Source: Octopus bimaculoides (Eukaryota). From it: a stretch of DNA of 33,768 nucleotides. Under the pieces are notes generated by a model. The model ran no database searches and had not been told where the DNA came from. It saw nothing but the letters and a program-made list of their open reading frames with translations. Shown here piece by piece: positions 1 to 10,656 of the stretch. The stretch is from positions 17,718,069 to 17,751,836 of the forward strand of contig NC_068991.1 in the NCBI RefSeq assembly GCF_001194135.2, given 5' to 3'. The first letter of the stretch is position 1, and each line of letters begins with the position of its first letter. Position numbers and translations under genes: made by a program.

Positions 1-36
<36 letters not shown>
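1..36. repeat. (TA)n microsatellite
   Basis: Direct observation. Confidence 0.99.
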
Positions 37-38
<2 letters not shown>

Positions 39-432
39 CGTTTGCCTGACAGAGATGTATTATACAGACACAAATAGTATTTAGAAATGAAGTTCTAGTT
101 AGTTACATTAGATCTCCATGTTATATCTTTAAAAAAAAACATTTGTATATCAATGCATATATGTATGTAAATGTATGTGTGAATGCATGCAATCTTCCTC
201 TTTGTATTTGAATTCTTCATATTAAGAAGAAACCGCCTTCTAACATAAAAAAAAAGTCCTATTACTGGAATTCAGAATAACAATAGCAACAAGACATGGG
301 TTTTTTTTTTGGGGGGGGGGGGTACTTACAGGTTAATATTTGCAGAGTATGAACTAGCAGGTCACACTTTCTTTACATGGAAACACTAGTTTTTTGAGAT
401 TGTCACTAAACATTTACTAACATATCCCAGTG

Positions 433-620
433 CAGTGGTTCTCAACTGGAGTACATATAAGATTTTGTTGTTAAAATTTACATGCAATAAATTGCTTATA
501 CTTATACATTACACAAAATATTTTAACAACTTTGTTTTTAATACAATGGCTAATATTACTTCTTCATTTTTGTATCTGGTTTGCAAGATTCTTTATGTGA
601 ATCAGTGTTGAAACAAAATT
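433..620. mobile_element. Truncated relative of the Charlie-type hAT element
   Basis: Begins CAGTGGTTCTCAACTGG and shares TAAGATTTT with the 29529 element. No right TIR seen; right boundary approximate. Confidence 0.5.
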
Positions 621-714
621 TTGTTGTTAAAAAAGTTATTTTAAATTCTCAAACGCAGGATAATGCTAATAATATAGCCTGAACAGGATAAGCTATCCCT
701 ATTTTCCAGAAAAA

Positions 715-797
715 AGTGTTGGCGGCCGGCTATGAGACTTCAACTCACACTTCCATGATTATGCGTCGCGGTGCTCTAAACCAAAACCGCCCTCACC
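715..797 (-). mobile_element. Degenerate tRNA-derived SINE head
   Basis: Minus strand GGTGAGGGCGGTTTTGGTTTAGAGCACC...GTGAGTTGAAGTCTC shows A/B-box-like spacing. Confidence 0.5.
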
Positions 798-818
798 AGT
801 GAGGGCGGTTTAGTTTAA

Positions 819-951
819 TGGATGATGTGATTGTTTATTTTTAGAATAACTTTATAGGGTTGATGTGAGAGGCTGAATCTGGCGAGTTTGAACATAAAAC
901 AGATACAAATATTTTGGTCCGATATAGCTGGTTTAGAGACTAAAGGGTTAA
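819..951 (-). mobile_element. piggyBac-type non-autonomous element, partial second copy
   Basis: Ends CTAAAGGG-TTAA (TTAA at 948-951); homologous to 4996-5125. Confidence 0.7.
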
Positions 952-1089
952 GAGTTTTCTATCTTTTTAGTTAATTAGAAATTGTGCAGCTTGCTCCTAT
1001 TCTTGGATTGCAAAGCATAACCTCTGAAATAAGAGGCTATTTTGCTTCAGAAATGCACCTCACTTAAACTGTAAAGTAGTTGATGATAG

Positions 1090-1116
1090 GAAAGTTAGGC
1101 AGCTGAGTAAAAAAAA

Positions 1117-1158
<42 letters not shown>
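1090..1158. repeat. Poly(A) tract (about 50 nt, from about 1109)
   Basis: Direct observation. Confidence 0.95.
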
Positions 1159-1160
<2 letters not shown>

Positions 1161-2278
1161 CATGTCAAAATCATGACATACAAAGAAAAAAAGTTTTCAG
1201 TTTTAATGCATGAGCCTCATGATAAAGGGCCATGTCTGATGAAACACTGAGACCCCTATAACTCATACTAGCATGATGAAACAAGCAAGAAAAAGATAAT
1301 GACAACGATGCATGTGTGTGTGTGTGACAGATAGTAAATGCTTCCTGCATATATGCAGTATATGCTGGTGTCACTAGCTATTATTGCTTGTAAAATGTTA
1401 TGTATATATATATATATATATAATGTAATTTCTATTTACATCTGTATGCATGCATATGTATTACTTTACTCTAAATGGGTAAATTAATACAACATAAACA
1501 TATCACAACAACTATGTAAGGTATTTGATGGTATTTAACTTATTTGTTTATAAACTGGGCTGGTCCAACAGCTGTCCAGTACACACATGCACAGAATTAG
1601 TGACAAAAAAAAAAATAAAACTACATATGTGTAAGTGTGTATTATGTTCTAACTCATGTAAAGCATGTGTGTAATGAACACAAATATAGCTGTATGTGGG
1701 CGTGTGTATGTACATCAACTAAATGTTGTTCTGATAGCATGACAGACTGTGTGAAAAAAATGTACAAGAACTGACGAAATCTACAAGTGATACATCAGAG
1801 ATTTACTCCATATCAGTCACACATTCGTTTTTTTTCTTCTTTTTAGATCTCAAATTAGTGTTCAATTAAGAGTAACATTTATCATCATCTTATTTATCAT
1901 CATCTTATACACGTGTGCATATATATAAAGACATACACATGTGCATCAAATTTATCAGAATATTTGGACTGAAGATTGGAATAGTGAAATTTTCATTCAC
2001 TTAACCATGAAACGATTCGTATCCAATTAACTAAGGACTTGTTTTGTTTACGCTTTTCCCTCCGGTTTTTTGTTCTATGTGTGCCATAAATATCGCCATC
2101 CGTTTAGAGAAAAATTTGTAGTTTAGAATCAGTAGTTCTTTGACTGCTATTTCTAAATTTTCAGTATGTTGGAGAAGCAACTCAATGCTAATCCCTGTAT
2201 ATTTATGATGACAAATGGTTTTACCGATAAAGGTTTTTTCATACTGAACTACTTGGCAAAATTGTTAATTGTTAATTC

Positions 2279-2411
2279 NNNNNNNNNNNNNNNNNNNNNN
2301 NNNNNNNNNNNNNNNNNNNNNNNNNNNNNNNNNNNNNNNNNNNNNNNNNNNNNNNNNNNNNNNNNNNNNNNNNNNNNNNNNNNNNNNNNNNNNNNNNNNN
2401 NNNNNNNNNNN
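2279..2411. other. Assembly gap
   Basis: N run. Confidence 1.
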
Positions 2412-2696
2412 ATATATATATATATATATATATATAGATACAAATAATATATCAGTATATGCATATATATGTACATGCATGTACATACCTTCATCTACAT
2501 GTATAGATGCATATCTGGGTACGTGATGTTGCAAAAAAACATGGACAAAAGGATAAACAAGGTACAGAAAACACACCCGCCACATAGAGAACATTTCCTT
2601 CATCAGCTGCCACGATTATAACACTGGCGTTTCGAAGAGTTACACACATACGTGAGTATGCATATGCATATATATATATATCCTCTCTACAGCTAT

Positions 2697-2802
2697 TGGG
2701 GGGAAAGTTGGGGTAAGTCAATTACATTGACTCAAGTGCTCAACTAATACTTATTTTATCGATCCTGAAAGATTAAAGATGAAGTCAACCTTGGTAGAAT
2801 TC
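2697..2802 (-). mobile_element. SINE family A fragment
   Basis: TACTTATTTTATCGATCCTGAAAGATTAAAGATGAAGTCAACC, a degenerate family core. Confidence 0.7.
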
Positions 2803-2844
2803 GCAAGCAGAACAACAACCATGCATGTAAGAATGTATGTGTCT

Positions 2845-2995
2845 ATCATCATCAACATCATATATCTATTTACCACGCTGACACAGGTTGAATGGTTTGA
2901 CTGGAGCTGGCAAGTTGGAGAGCTGCAGCAGGCTCCAATTGCCTGTTTTGGCAAAGTTTCAATGGTTGGAAGCCCTTCGTAATGCCAACCACTTT
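2845..2995 (-). mobile_element. RTE-LINE-type 3' tail fragment
   Basis: Reverse complement contains GTGGTTGGCATTACGAAGGGCTTCC (cf. 4604-4626) and ends in a (GAT)n-like tail. Confidence 0.7.
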
Positions 2996-3084
2996 ACTTA
3001 GATAATGAAAACCTATGATCCAAAGTATTCCAGTCTTATTTTCAAGTACTACAGTTTTGAAATGTTTCCTTTTTTGAAAAGGTG

Positions 3085-3290
3085 GCTGGGTGGAATTTAA
3101 GCAAAATTTGGCTGGTACTTTTATCAAGTAGAATTCGGCTTGTCGGTTCACAACCATCAAGAGGCTTCTCCACTTAACATTGTTGTTATTGTTTAGCCCT
3201 TGGTCAACTCTGATCAAGCAGACCTATGGTCAAAGACAGCCCAGTGAAAGCCATCCTGTCCTTTTCCAAGGTACAGTGCATGCATCTTTG
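3085..3290 (+). repeat. Unclassified interspersed repeat family E
   Basis: ATTTGGCTGGTACTT... and TTGTTTAGCCCTTGGTCAACTCTGATCAAGCAGACCTATGGTCAAAG modules recur at 6945, 12565 and 16335. Confidence 0.65.
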
Positions 3291-3360
3291 ACTGGGTGCT
3301 TTTTACATGGCACCAGCACAGGTATCTTTTACATGGAACCAGCACAGATGCTTTTTACAA
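3290..3360 (-). repeat. About 2.5 tandem copies of a ~26-bp RTE 3' UTR subrepeat
   Basis: GTGCTTTTTACATGGCACCAGCAC repeated; reverse complement of the motif at 4512-4535. Confidence 0.7.
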
Positions 3361-3432
3361 CAACAAACAAATTTGGTTTACACACACACACACACATATC
3401 TATATTTATGTTTGTGTGCATGATTTTACAGA

Positions 3433-3497
<65 letters not shown>
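3433..3497. repeat. (CA)n microsatellite
   Basis: Direct observation. Confidence 0.99.
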
Positions 3498-3499
<2 letters not shown>

Positions 3500-3923
3500 G
3501 ATGTGGGGGGGGGGGAAGTTCTATGTTTTTTTTGTATGGTTATTGAGATATTTTGAAGGGTAGAGTCTAAGCAGTCATGTGTTACACACATGGTTCTCAG
3601 TAAAAGCATTATAATATATAATATTCAATATAAAGGATGCTGTTAACAACTGGAAATGCACACACACACACGATGAAGATGTGTGCACATGCGTGTGTGT
3701 GTGTGTGTATGTGTGTAACAACATGACAATTACATTACAGCATTACAGTACATATATATGTGTGTGTGTGTATGTGTACTCAAGGAACCACCATGTGTGT
3801 GTGTGTACATACATAAAAATGTATGAGCTTGACAATGTTTGATTATGTACTCAAAGAACTAGCACATGTATGTGTGTGTGTAAAAATATAAAAGTTATAA
3901 TATATGTATAGTATATTTATGTA

Positions 3924-4692
3924 TCAAGTTAGTAGGTGGGGGTGCTTGTTTCGAAAGCATAACTGCCAGAATAAGAATAGGTTGGGCGAAGTTCAGAGAG
4001 CAACTACCTCTGTTAGTAACAAAGGGCCTCTTCCTCAGAGAGAAAGGCAGGTTGTAGTATGATGCCTGTGTACAAACAGCTATACTACATGGCAGTGAGA
4101 CATGGGCTGTAACTACTGAGGATATGCGAAGGCTTGACAGAAATGAAGCCAGTATGTTCCACTGGATGGTTAATGTCAGTGTGCATATACGACAATGTAA
4201 GTGATTTGAGAGAAAAACTGGGTATCAGATGTAGTGTGCAAGAGAGAAGACTGCACTGGTATGGCTATGTAATACATATGAATGAAGAGTTGCATCAAGA
4301 GGTTCCAATCTCTAATTGTAGAGGGAACATATGGAAGGGGTAGACCTAGCCAGATGCAAGACGAAGTGGTGAGAAAGGATCTACAGATGTTGGGACTCAC
4401 AGAGGGGATGTCAAGTGACTGAGACTTTAGGTGGCTTTCTGTGCCCTTGCATACAGAGTGTACCCTGCATTCCCTCTCCAGCTGAGCATTCCTAACCTTA
4501 TGGGCTCATGGGTGCTGGTGCCACATAAAAAGCACTCATAGCAGTCCACATAAATGCACCCATGCTGATGCTGCATAAAAGCAACCAGTACGCTCTGTAA
4601 AGTGGTTGGCATTAGGAAAGACATCCAACCATAAAAATCATGTCAAAACAGGCATAGAGCCTGGGAAGCTCTTCAGCTGGCCAGCTCCTGTC
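3924..4692 (+). mobile_element. 5'-truncated RTE-clade LINE (ORF C-terminus plus 3' UTR)
   Basis: Translates ITARIRIGWAKFREQLPLLVTKGL...YDACVQTAILHGSETWAVTTEDMRRLDRNEASM...QERRLHWYG with stops and frameshifts. UTR contains GTGCTGGTGCCACATAAAAAGCAC and GTGGTTGGCATTAGGAAAGACATCC. Confidence 0.88.
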
Positions 4693-4716
4693 AGGGACAA
4701 ACACAGACACATGACA

Positions 4717-4867
4717 GGCTTCTTTCAGTTTCCATTTGCCAAATCCACTCACAAGGTTTTGGTCAGCCTAAGGCTATAGTAGAAGATACTTGCCCAAGGT
4801 GCCACACAATGGGACTGAACTCTGAACTATGTGGTTAGGAAGCAAGCTTCTTACCACACAGCCATGC
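4717..4867 (-). mobile_element. SINE family B 5' half
   Basis: Reverse complement matches 7278-7430. Confidence 0.88.
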
Positions 4868-4995
4868 TGTATTTTTTTTTTTTTTGCAGTTTTTTTTTTT
4901 TATTCTTGTAATTTTATATGTCTATCTATTTGACTGTCAACTTATCTGGCAATCTGATTGTATTTCAAATTTTATGTTCTCAATTTGTTATCTCT

Positions 4996-5215
4996 TTAAC
5001 ACTTTAGCATATAAACTGGCTATATCCAGCCTGAATATTTTATTTGTTTTATGTTCAAACCAGCCAGAACTGATCTCTTACACCTACCCTATAATGTCAA
5101 TCTAAAAGTGCAACAATCACATTATTGAACTCTTAAAGCTACAAGATTAATGCACAATAAATTCAAAACGATGTGAATGGATAAGCTTTACATTTCACAG
5201 AAAGATCTGAATACA
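4996..5215 (+). mobile_element. piggyBac-type non-autonomous element
   Basis: TTAA then C(A)CTTTAGCAT terminus; its first ~130 nt are the reverse complement of 819-951. The right end is degenerate. Confidence 0.65.
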
Positions 5216-5434
5216 TCTAGTTTTCATGCTATGGATGGGACTAGATTGAAAGAGACATCAAGGTCCAAGGTAGGTCTTATTTGGGGTTACTGCATCTTGG
5301 TTGGGTCAGGGATTGCATTTCACTCATATGTATATTTCATTTTCAGCAAAGTTTCTGCAACTGGAGTCCTTCCAATTATCAACCACTGTACAGACTTACA
5401 CATCATCACCATCAAGGATAACAACAGCAGCATC

Positions 5435-5739
5435 TAAAAATGACACACCTCTACAACTATCTCTTCAAAATGACACACCTCTACGACTATCTCCTAAAAA
5501 TGACACACCTCTACGACTATCTCCTAAAAATGACACACCTCTACGACTATCTCCTAAAAATGACACACCTCTNNNNNNNNNNAATGACACACCTCTACGA
5601 CTATCTCCTAAAAATGACACACCTCTACGACTATCTCCTAAAAATGACACACCTCTATGACTATCTCCTAAAAATGACACACCTCTACAACTATGTCCCA
5701 AAAATGACACACCTCTACAACTATCACCTAAATATGACA
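5435..5739. repeat. 30-bp minisatellite, about 10 visible copies, interrupted by a gap
   Basis: Unit TAAAAATGACACACCTCTACGACTATCTCC; core copies identical, edge copies diverged. Confidence 0.97.
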
Positions 5740-5756
5740 ATATAATCCTTCTTATA

Positions 5757-5879
5757 GCACAAGCCCTGAAATTTATAAGGAGGGGACTAGTCAGTTTCAT
5801 TGACACTAGTATTTGACTGGTACATAATTTATCAACCCCAAAAGGATGAAAGGCAAAGTCAACGTCAGTGGAATTTGAG
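5757..5879 (-). mobile_element. SINE family A fragment
   Basis: Core GGATGAAAGGCAAAGTCAAC...GGAATTTGA; the B box reads on the minus strand. Confidence 0.85.
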
Positions 5880-5890
5880 ACTATAATAGG

Positions 5891-5978
5891 AGACACTTGC
5901 CCAAGGTGCTATGTAGTGGGACTGAATCCGGAACCATGTGGTTGGGAAGCAAGCTTCTTACCACACAGCCACTCCTGC
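5891..5978 (-). mobile_element. SINE family B head fragment
   Basis: ACACTTGCCCAAGGTG...CTTACCACACAGCCACTCC is the reverse complement of the 7274 head. Confidence 0.85.
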
Positions 5979-5979
5979 A

Positions 5980-6150
5980 CATCATGATCATTTAACATCC
6001 ATTGTCCATGCTGGCATATAAATTGCTATTGTATATAAACCATGCCAGAACAGATACTGGAACACAATTCAGACCTTGGACCCATTGGATCCAGTCAAAC
6101 TATCCAGCCTATGCTAACATAGGACATTAATGTTAAATAATAATGATGAT
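5980..6150. mobile_element. Two RTE-type tail fragments in opposite orientation
   Basis: 5980-6018 (minus, CATCATGATCATTTAACATCCATTGTCCATGCTGGCAT) and about 6085-6150 (plus, CCAGTCAAACTATCCAGCCTATGCTAACATAGGACATTAATGTTAAATAATAATGATGAT). Confidence 0.6.
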
Positions 6151-6944
6151 AACCCCAAATTACAGAAACTTTGGTTATGGAATTCAGCACTCAGACTACA
6201 AATTTCAGATTACATCTAGAGAAACTTGCATGTAAATGCTGCCCTACTAGATGAGCCAGAGATTCACATCTTTGTTACATATTTCATTTTTAGAAATCAC
6301 GTAAAGAAAGAAATTTGCAAGACAGATGTAGTCCACTGACCCATCTAGGAGTGGGCAGTAACTCCAAATAAGAGCTGACTTGGATCATTAAGACCCATCT
6401 AATCCATACCAAGAGGGAAAGAAAACAAAATAATAATGATGAAATATTTCATGTGTGTGTGTGTGTACAAATAAGTATATGCACATATTCTCACTCATAC
6501 AATTACACGTGTGTGTGTGTGTGTGTGTTTGTGTGCATGCCCATATAAGAGAGAGCAAGGTAACAATAACACTCATGAAAGATACTTTGTAAAAAAATGT
6601 AGTCTTTGTAAAAAAAATGTAGTCAACTATCCTTTCAGGATACATTCCATTAAAACTAGTTTTGTTTTGTTAAACAATATTTCTTTTTTAATTTCTCCTG
6701 TTTCCTTTGTGAATGTCTGTTATTCTAGAGCTTGTTTACAAAATTTTCCCACATCCATTGTTATCAAGTATGTTTCAAGGACAATAAGGTGACCAGCTGT
6801 GGCTGAACTGACCTAAAAATTTCACTGCAACAGACCCAGCTCTCTCACTCTCAGGGAACCTCAACCTGTAAGAAACACCTAAACAATCCACAATGAATTC
6901 CCTACTCTCTTAATGAATGATATGCTGGATAATGTAGTACAGGG

Positions 6945-7020
6945 TACATTATTCCTAAAAATATGTCTTTGATCATGGGTTTGTTCAATCACAGCTGACC
7001 GAGGGCTAAACAACAACAAC
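6945..7020 (-). repeat. Interspersed repeat family E fragment
   Basis: CTTTGATCATGGGTTTGTTCAATCACAGCTGACCGAGGGCTAAACAAC. Confidence 0.65.
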
Positions 7021-7273
7021 AAAGAAATTAGTAAACATAAAGAGTTAAAAATATATAACAAATAAAGAAAGCCATTCATTTAAGCCAAATATTTCCATAA
7101 TATATTATTCCTTGTTACGCAGCTGTAGGAGAAATATGCAGAAAAGATTAAACTCTGTCAAGGATTTTGTTGACTCAAAGTAGGCTTTCTGGAGGAGTAG
7201 TGTGTGTGTGTGGGGTTTGTTTTTGTTCTTTTGTTTTTGCACAGGATAACATGATTTGTAAATAATAAGGTAA

Positions 7274-7674
7274 GCAAGAGTGGCTGTGTGGTAAGTAGTT
7301 TGTTTACCAACCACATGGTTCCGGGTTCAGGCCCACTGCGTGGCACCTTGGGCAAGTGTCTTCTGCTATAGCCTCAGGCCGACCAAAGCCTTGTGAGTGG
7401 ATTTGGTAGATGGAAACTGAAAGAAGCCCGTCGTATATATGTATATATATATATATATATATATGTAGTGTGTTAGTCTGTGTTTGTCCCCCCACCATCG
7501 CTTGACAACCGATGCTGGTGTGTTTACGTCCCCGTAACTTAGCGGTTCGGCAAAAAGAGACCGATAGAATAAGTACTAGACTTACAAAGAATAAGTCCTG
7601 GGGTCGATTTTCTTGACTAAAGGCGGTGTTCCAGCATGGCCGCAGTCAAATGACTGAAACAAGTAAAAGAGTAA
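7274..7674 (+). mobile_element. Full-length tRNA-derived SINE, family B, with internal (TA)n
   Basis: Head TGGCTGTGTGG...GGTTCAGGCCC, CCTTGGGCAAGTGTCTT core, GTGGATTTGGTAGATGGAAACTGAAAGAAGCCCGTCG then (TA)n, tail AAGTAAAAGAGTAA. Homologous fragments occur elsewhere in the window. Confidence 0.9.
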
Positions 7675-7944
7675 TGGAGAATGCCTAGTTTGAAAGAATG
7701 ACTTCTGAGGAAATGAAGAATCGATGTTGTATGGAGGCACTCACAGGTAGAGTCAAGAATAAGGATGAGTTTCATTAAAATTTTAGAGTATAGACAGTAA
7801 CCCAGTATTGATCTGCCCTCAAGCATTGTCTATTCATCAAATCCTAAAAAGTGTTGAAAGCTAATTGTTTGGAAATTCTTGTATGCTGACAACTTGATAA
7901 TTCTTTTATTCATTAAAACCCTAAAAGTTCCAGTAACTAGTACA

Positions 7945-7988
7945 AGTCTGGTACATCAACCACGAAAGGATGAAAGGCAAAGTTGACT
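7945..7988 (-). mobile_element. SINE family A core fragment
   Basis: CGAAAGGATGAAAGGCAAAGTTGAC. Confidence 0.7.
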
Positions 7989-8635
7989 GCGCAGAGAGCG
8001 AAATCAGTTACTGAGTCTATAACAACTCAGCCGGTTCACTGTCTGATATAGTAATATGAATCAGTCCACTCAGTTGAAAATGAGAGTACCAGCAAAGTAT
8101 TAGTGCAGATTTCTTTCTCTCCATCTGTCAGATTCCTTTCTCGCCATCAAGGTTCTGCTGAGGTGAGAGAACCAAGAAGATATTTGGAATTACGTAAGTA
8201 CCCAAAATAATTAGTAAAGCATGGTACATGCTACTAATTCATACTCGTTTGCATGTATGTGACAACTTGTAATCAAACAGCAAAATTCAAATATAGTTGT
8301 CTAGGCCAAAATATATGTAAGTTAGTCCTCAATGTTGTTGATACATTCTTGAAAAGTGAAATGATATAAAGCAAAACTAATTTTACAATATAAACAAGGA
8401 TATAAACAAGTTACGTTCGTACGGTATATTTCCACAGTCACAAAACATCAACAAACTTCTAAACAAAGTTTGAAAACCCTTCTAGAAATAAACATCAAAA
8501 TATACGTGCGCTAAAAATATATTTAAGTATGATGAACTATAATTATCTACTTAAAGAAAATGCAGATGTATAAAGATTCCATTTTAAAAGACGTTTGTGA
8601 AATGAATAAAAAAAATTGATATATGTATATATATA

Positions 8636-9401
8636 NNNNNNNNNNNNNNNNNNNNNNNNNNNNNNNNNNNNNNNNNNNNNNNNNNNNNNNNNNNNNNNNN
8701 NNNNNNNNNNNNNNNNNNNNNNNNNNNNNNNNNNNNNNNNNNNNNNNNNNNNNNNNNNNNNNNNNNNNNNNNNNNNNNNNNNNNNNNNNNNNNNNNNNNN
8801 NNNNNNNNNNNNNNNNNNNNNNNNNNNNNNNNNNNNNNNNNNNNNNNNNNNNNNNNNNNNNNNNNNNNNNNNNNNNNNNNNNNNNNNNNNNNNNNNNNNN
8901 NNNNNNNNNNNNNNNNNNNNNNNNNNNNNNNNNNNNNNNNNNNNNNNNNNNNNNNNNNNNNNNNNNNNNNNNNNNNNNNNNNNNNNNNNNNNNNNNNNNN
9001 NNNNNNNNNNNNNNNNNNNNNNNNNNNNNNNNNNNNNNNNNNNNNNNNNNNNNNNNNNNNNNNNNNNNNNNNNNNNNNNNNNNNNNNNNNNNNNNNNNNN
9101 NNNNNNNNNNNNNNNNNNNNNNNNNNNNNNNNNNNNNNNNNNNNNNNNNNNNNNNNNNNNNNNNNNNNNNNNNNNNNNNNNNNNNNNNNNNNNNNNNNNN
9201 NNNNNNNNNNNNNNNNNNNNNNNNNNNNNNNNNNNNNNNNNNNNNNNNNNNNNNNNNNNNNNNNNNNNNNNNNNNNNNNNNNNNNNNNNNNNNNNNNNNN
9301 NNNNNNNNNNNNNNNNNNNNNNNNNNNNNNNNNNNNNNNNNNNNNNNNNNNNNNNNNNNNNNNNNNNNNNNNNNNNNNNNNNNNNNNNNNNNNNNNNNNN
9401 N
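8636..9401. other. Assembly gap
   Basis: N run flanked by (TA)n and poly-G. Confidence 1.
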
Positions 9402-10004
9402 GGGGGGGGGGGAATTTTACAGCATTGTATTTCTAACAGCTTCACGGATTCATAAAATAAGATGGTGTCTTAATTCATTCAAGCATTGTTGTTGTTGCAA
9501 TGATAGAACACTTAAAAAAAGAAAACAATGGAGTGACAGATGACTTCTTCGACCGCAAGCAGGCGTGCTGATGATGTCTTTGATGAATGCCACTAAATAT
9601 TGGTTTTAGACAGTATATTCTCTCTGAAGCATATAAGCATTTTTAGCCTCATAAGTCATACTAATTATAAGTACAATTTGAATCTAATATATAATTTTGC
9701 AAGCCACAGGAAAAAACATGGTGATGACACAGAGACAGAAAAGCCAAAAGGCTCCAAGACCTTCAAAGGATAACTGTTGAGGTCATGTCACAAAGGGTAA
9801 GTACTAACATTAATTGCTCACTCAACCGATCACATTGTGAGCATATGTATGTACTTTTATATGCGTGCTTTGAGGTAGGCATCTATAATTGTATTTATAT
9901 TTGGATATTTACATTCCAAGTTCAAATCTTTCAATTTTACATTTCAGCCAGTCTTTTTGGGTGTCTCGTAGTATCTGCTTCGGCTCTTTGTGTTTTGAGA
10001 GTTC

Positions 10005-10190
10005 TACTTATGACGACACTGGTACCAAAGTTATAATCGGCCCAAGTCGGCAGCCTTTCTCTTGGATAAATATCAATGGTATGGTGAGAAAGAGAGACAT
10101 GGACAACTGCTAGTCTTCTTCAAAATATCATGCCCAGGCTTACACTCACGTAAATGTGCAGATGTTTGGTCAACCTTGACCAATGGAGGC
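10005..10190 (+). mobile_element. Degenerate SINE body (family D)
   Basis: GACACTGGTACCAAAG...GCCTTTCTCTTGGATAA...CATGGACAACTGCTAGTCTTC resembles an octopus SINE body recalled from memory; no second copy in the window. Confidence 0.45.
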
Positions 10191-10224
10191 CTGTTGCTAT
10201 CTCGCTCGTGTGTGTGTTGGGTGG

Positions 10225-10416
10225 GGGGCATTTACCCTCCATGGACAATAACCCCTCAAGGACAATTACCTCTGAGGACAACAGATGATGATTTAAAACT
10301 TCTTAATATATTGGACAGGGAGTAATTGACTAAGTGGGGGGGGGAGTAGTAAATGTCCTAGGAGGTAGTTGTCGTCTGGGGAAATTGTCCTATGGAAGGT
10401 AATTGTCCTGATACGG
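10225..10416. mobile_element. Foldback/MITE-like element with GGACAATTACC subterminal repeats
   Basis: Left arm repeats GGACAAT(T/A)ACCC-like units; right arm repeats the inverse GGTAATTGTCC-like units. Confidence 0.6.
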
Positions 10417-10656
10417 TGTGTGTAGAATATTGGGTTAAAAATAACTTTGTATGGAAAATATTCGATTGTGAGTTCGAGTCACCCGGATAACCTTCCTTTT
10501 TCCATCCAAGAGTTTTTTAAAATATTCTTTCTACACGCAATTATTTATATCTTTATCTACTCCAACGTTAAAAATATTTATTTCAATTTTCTCGAATGTT
10601 TCTTATTCTTTTCATTCATTCATACATACATACATACATACATACATACATACATG

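Noticed and set aside
322-430. Minus-strand donor (TACTTAC) as possible exon 2 of the CH-domain gene
   Set aside because: All three frames close within about 60 nt and there is no CH-like sequence.
2165-2231. Plus-strand exon candidate MLEKQLNANPCIFMMTNGFTDK
   Set aside because: Good acceptor but only a weak donor (GTTTTT), no recognisable homology, and it is adjacent to a gap.
3180-3609. ORFs with HT/CV/YI dipeptide repeats (also 31524-31959, 22101-22646)
   Set aside because: Translations of CA, TA, TACA and GA microsatellites.
5435-5739. CRISPR-like array of ~30-bp repeats
   Set aside because: The units are contiguous with no unique spacers, there are no cas genes, and the context is eukaryotic.
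8543-9543. Long ORFs (279-306 aa) in the ORF track
   Set aside because: They consist almost entirely of X from the N-gap. The same applies to ORFs at 2166-2603, 23681-25069 and most of 26293-27187.
9562-9632. Box C/D snoRNA-like TGATGA...CTGA with a short terminal stem
   Set aside because: Weak stem overlapping the C box, no recognisable rRNA-complementary guide, and such motifs are frequent by chance.
9948-10036. Exon or signal-peptide-like ORF end (ASLFGCLVVSASALCVLRVLL…)
   Set aside because: It runs into a degenerate SINE body, has no donor, and the hydrophobicity is explained by T-richness.
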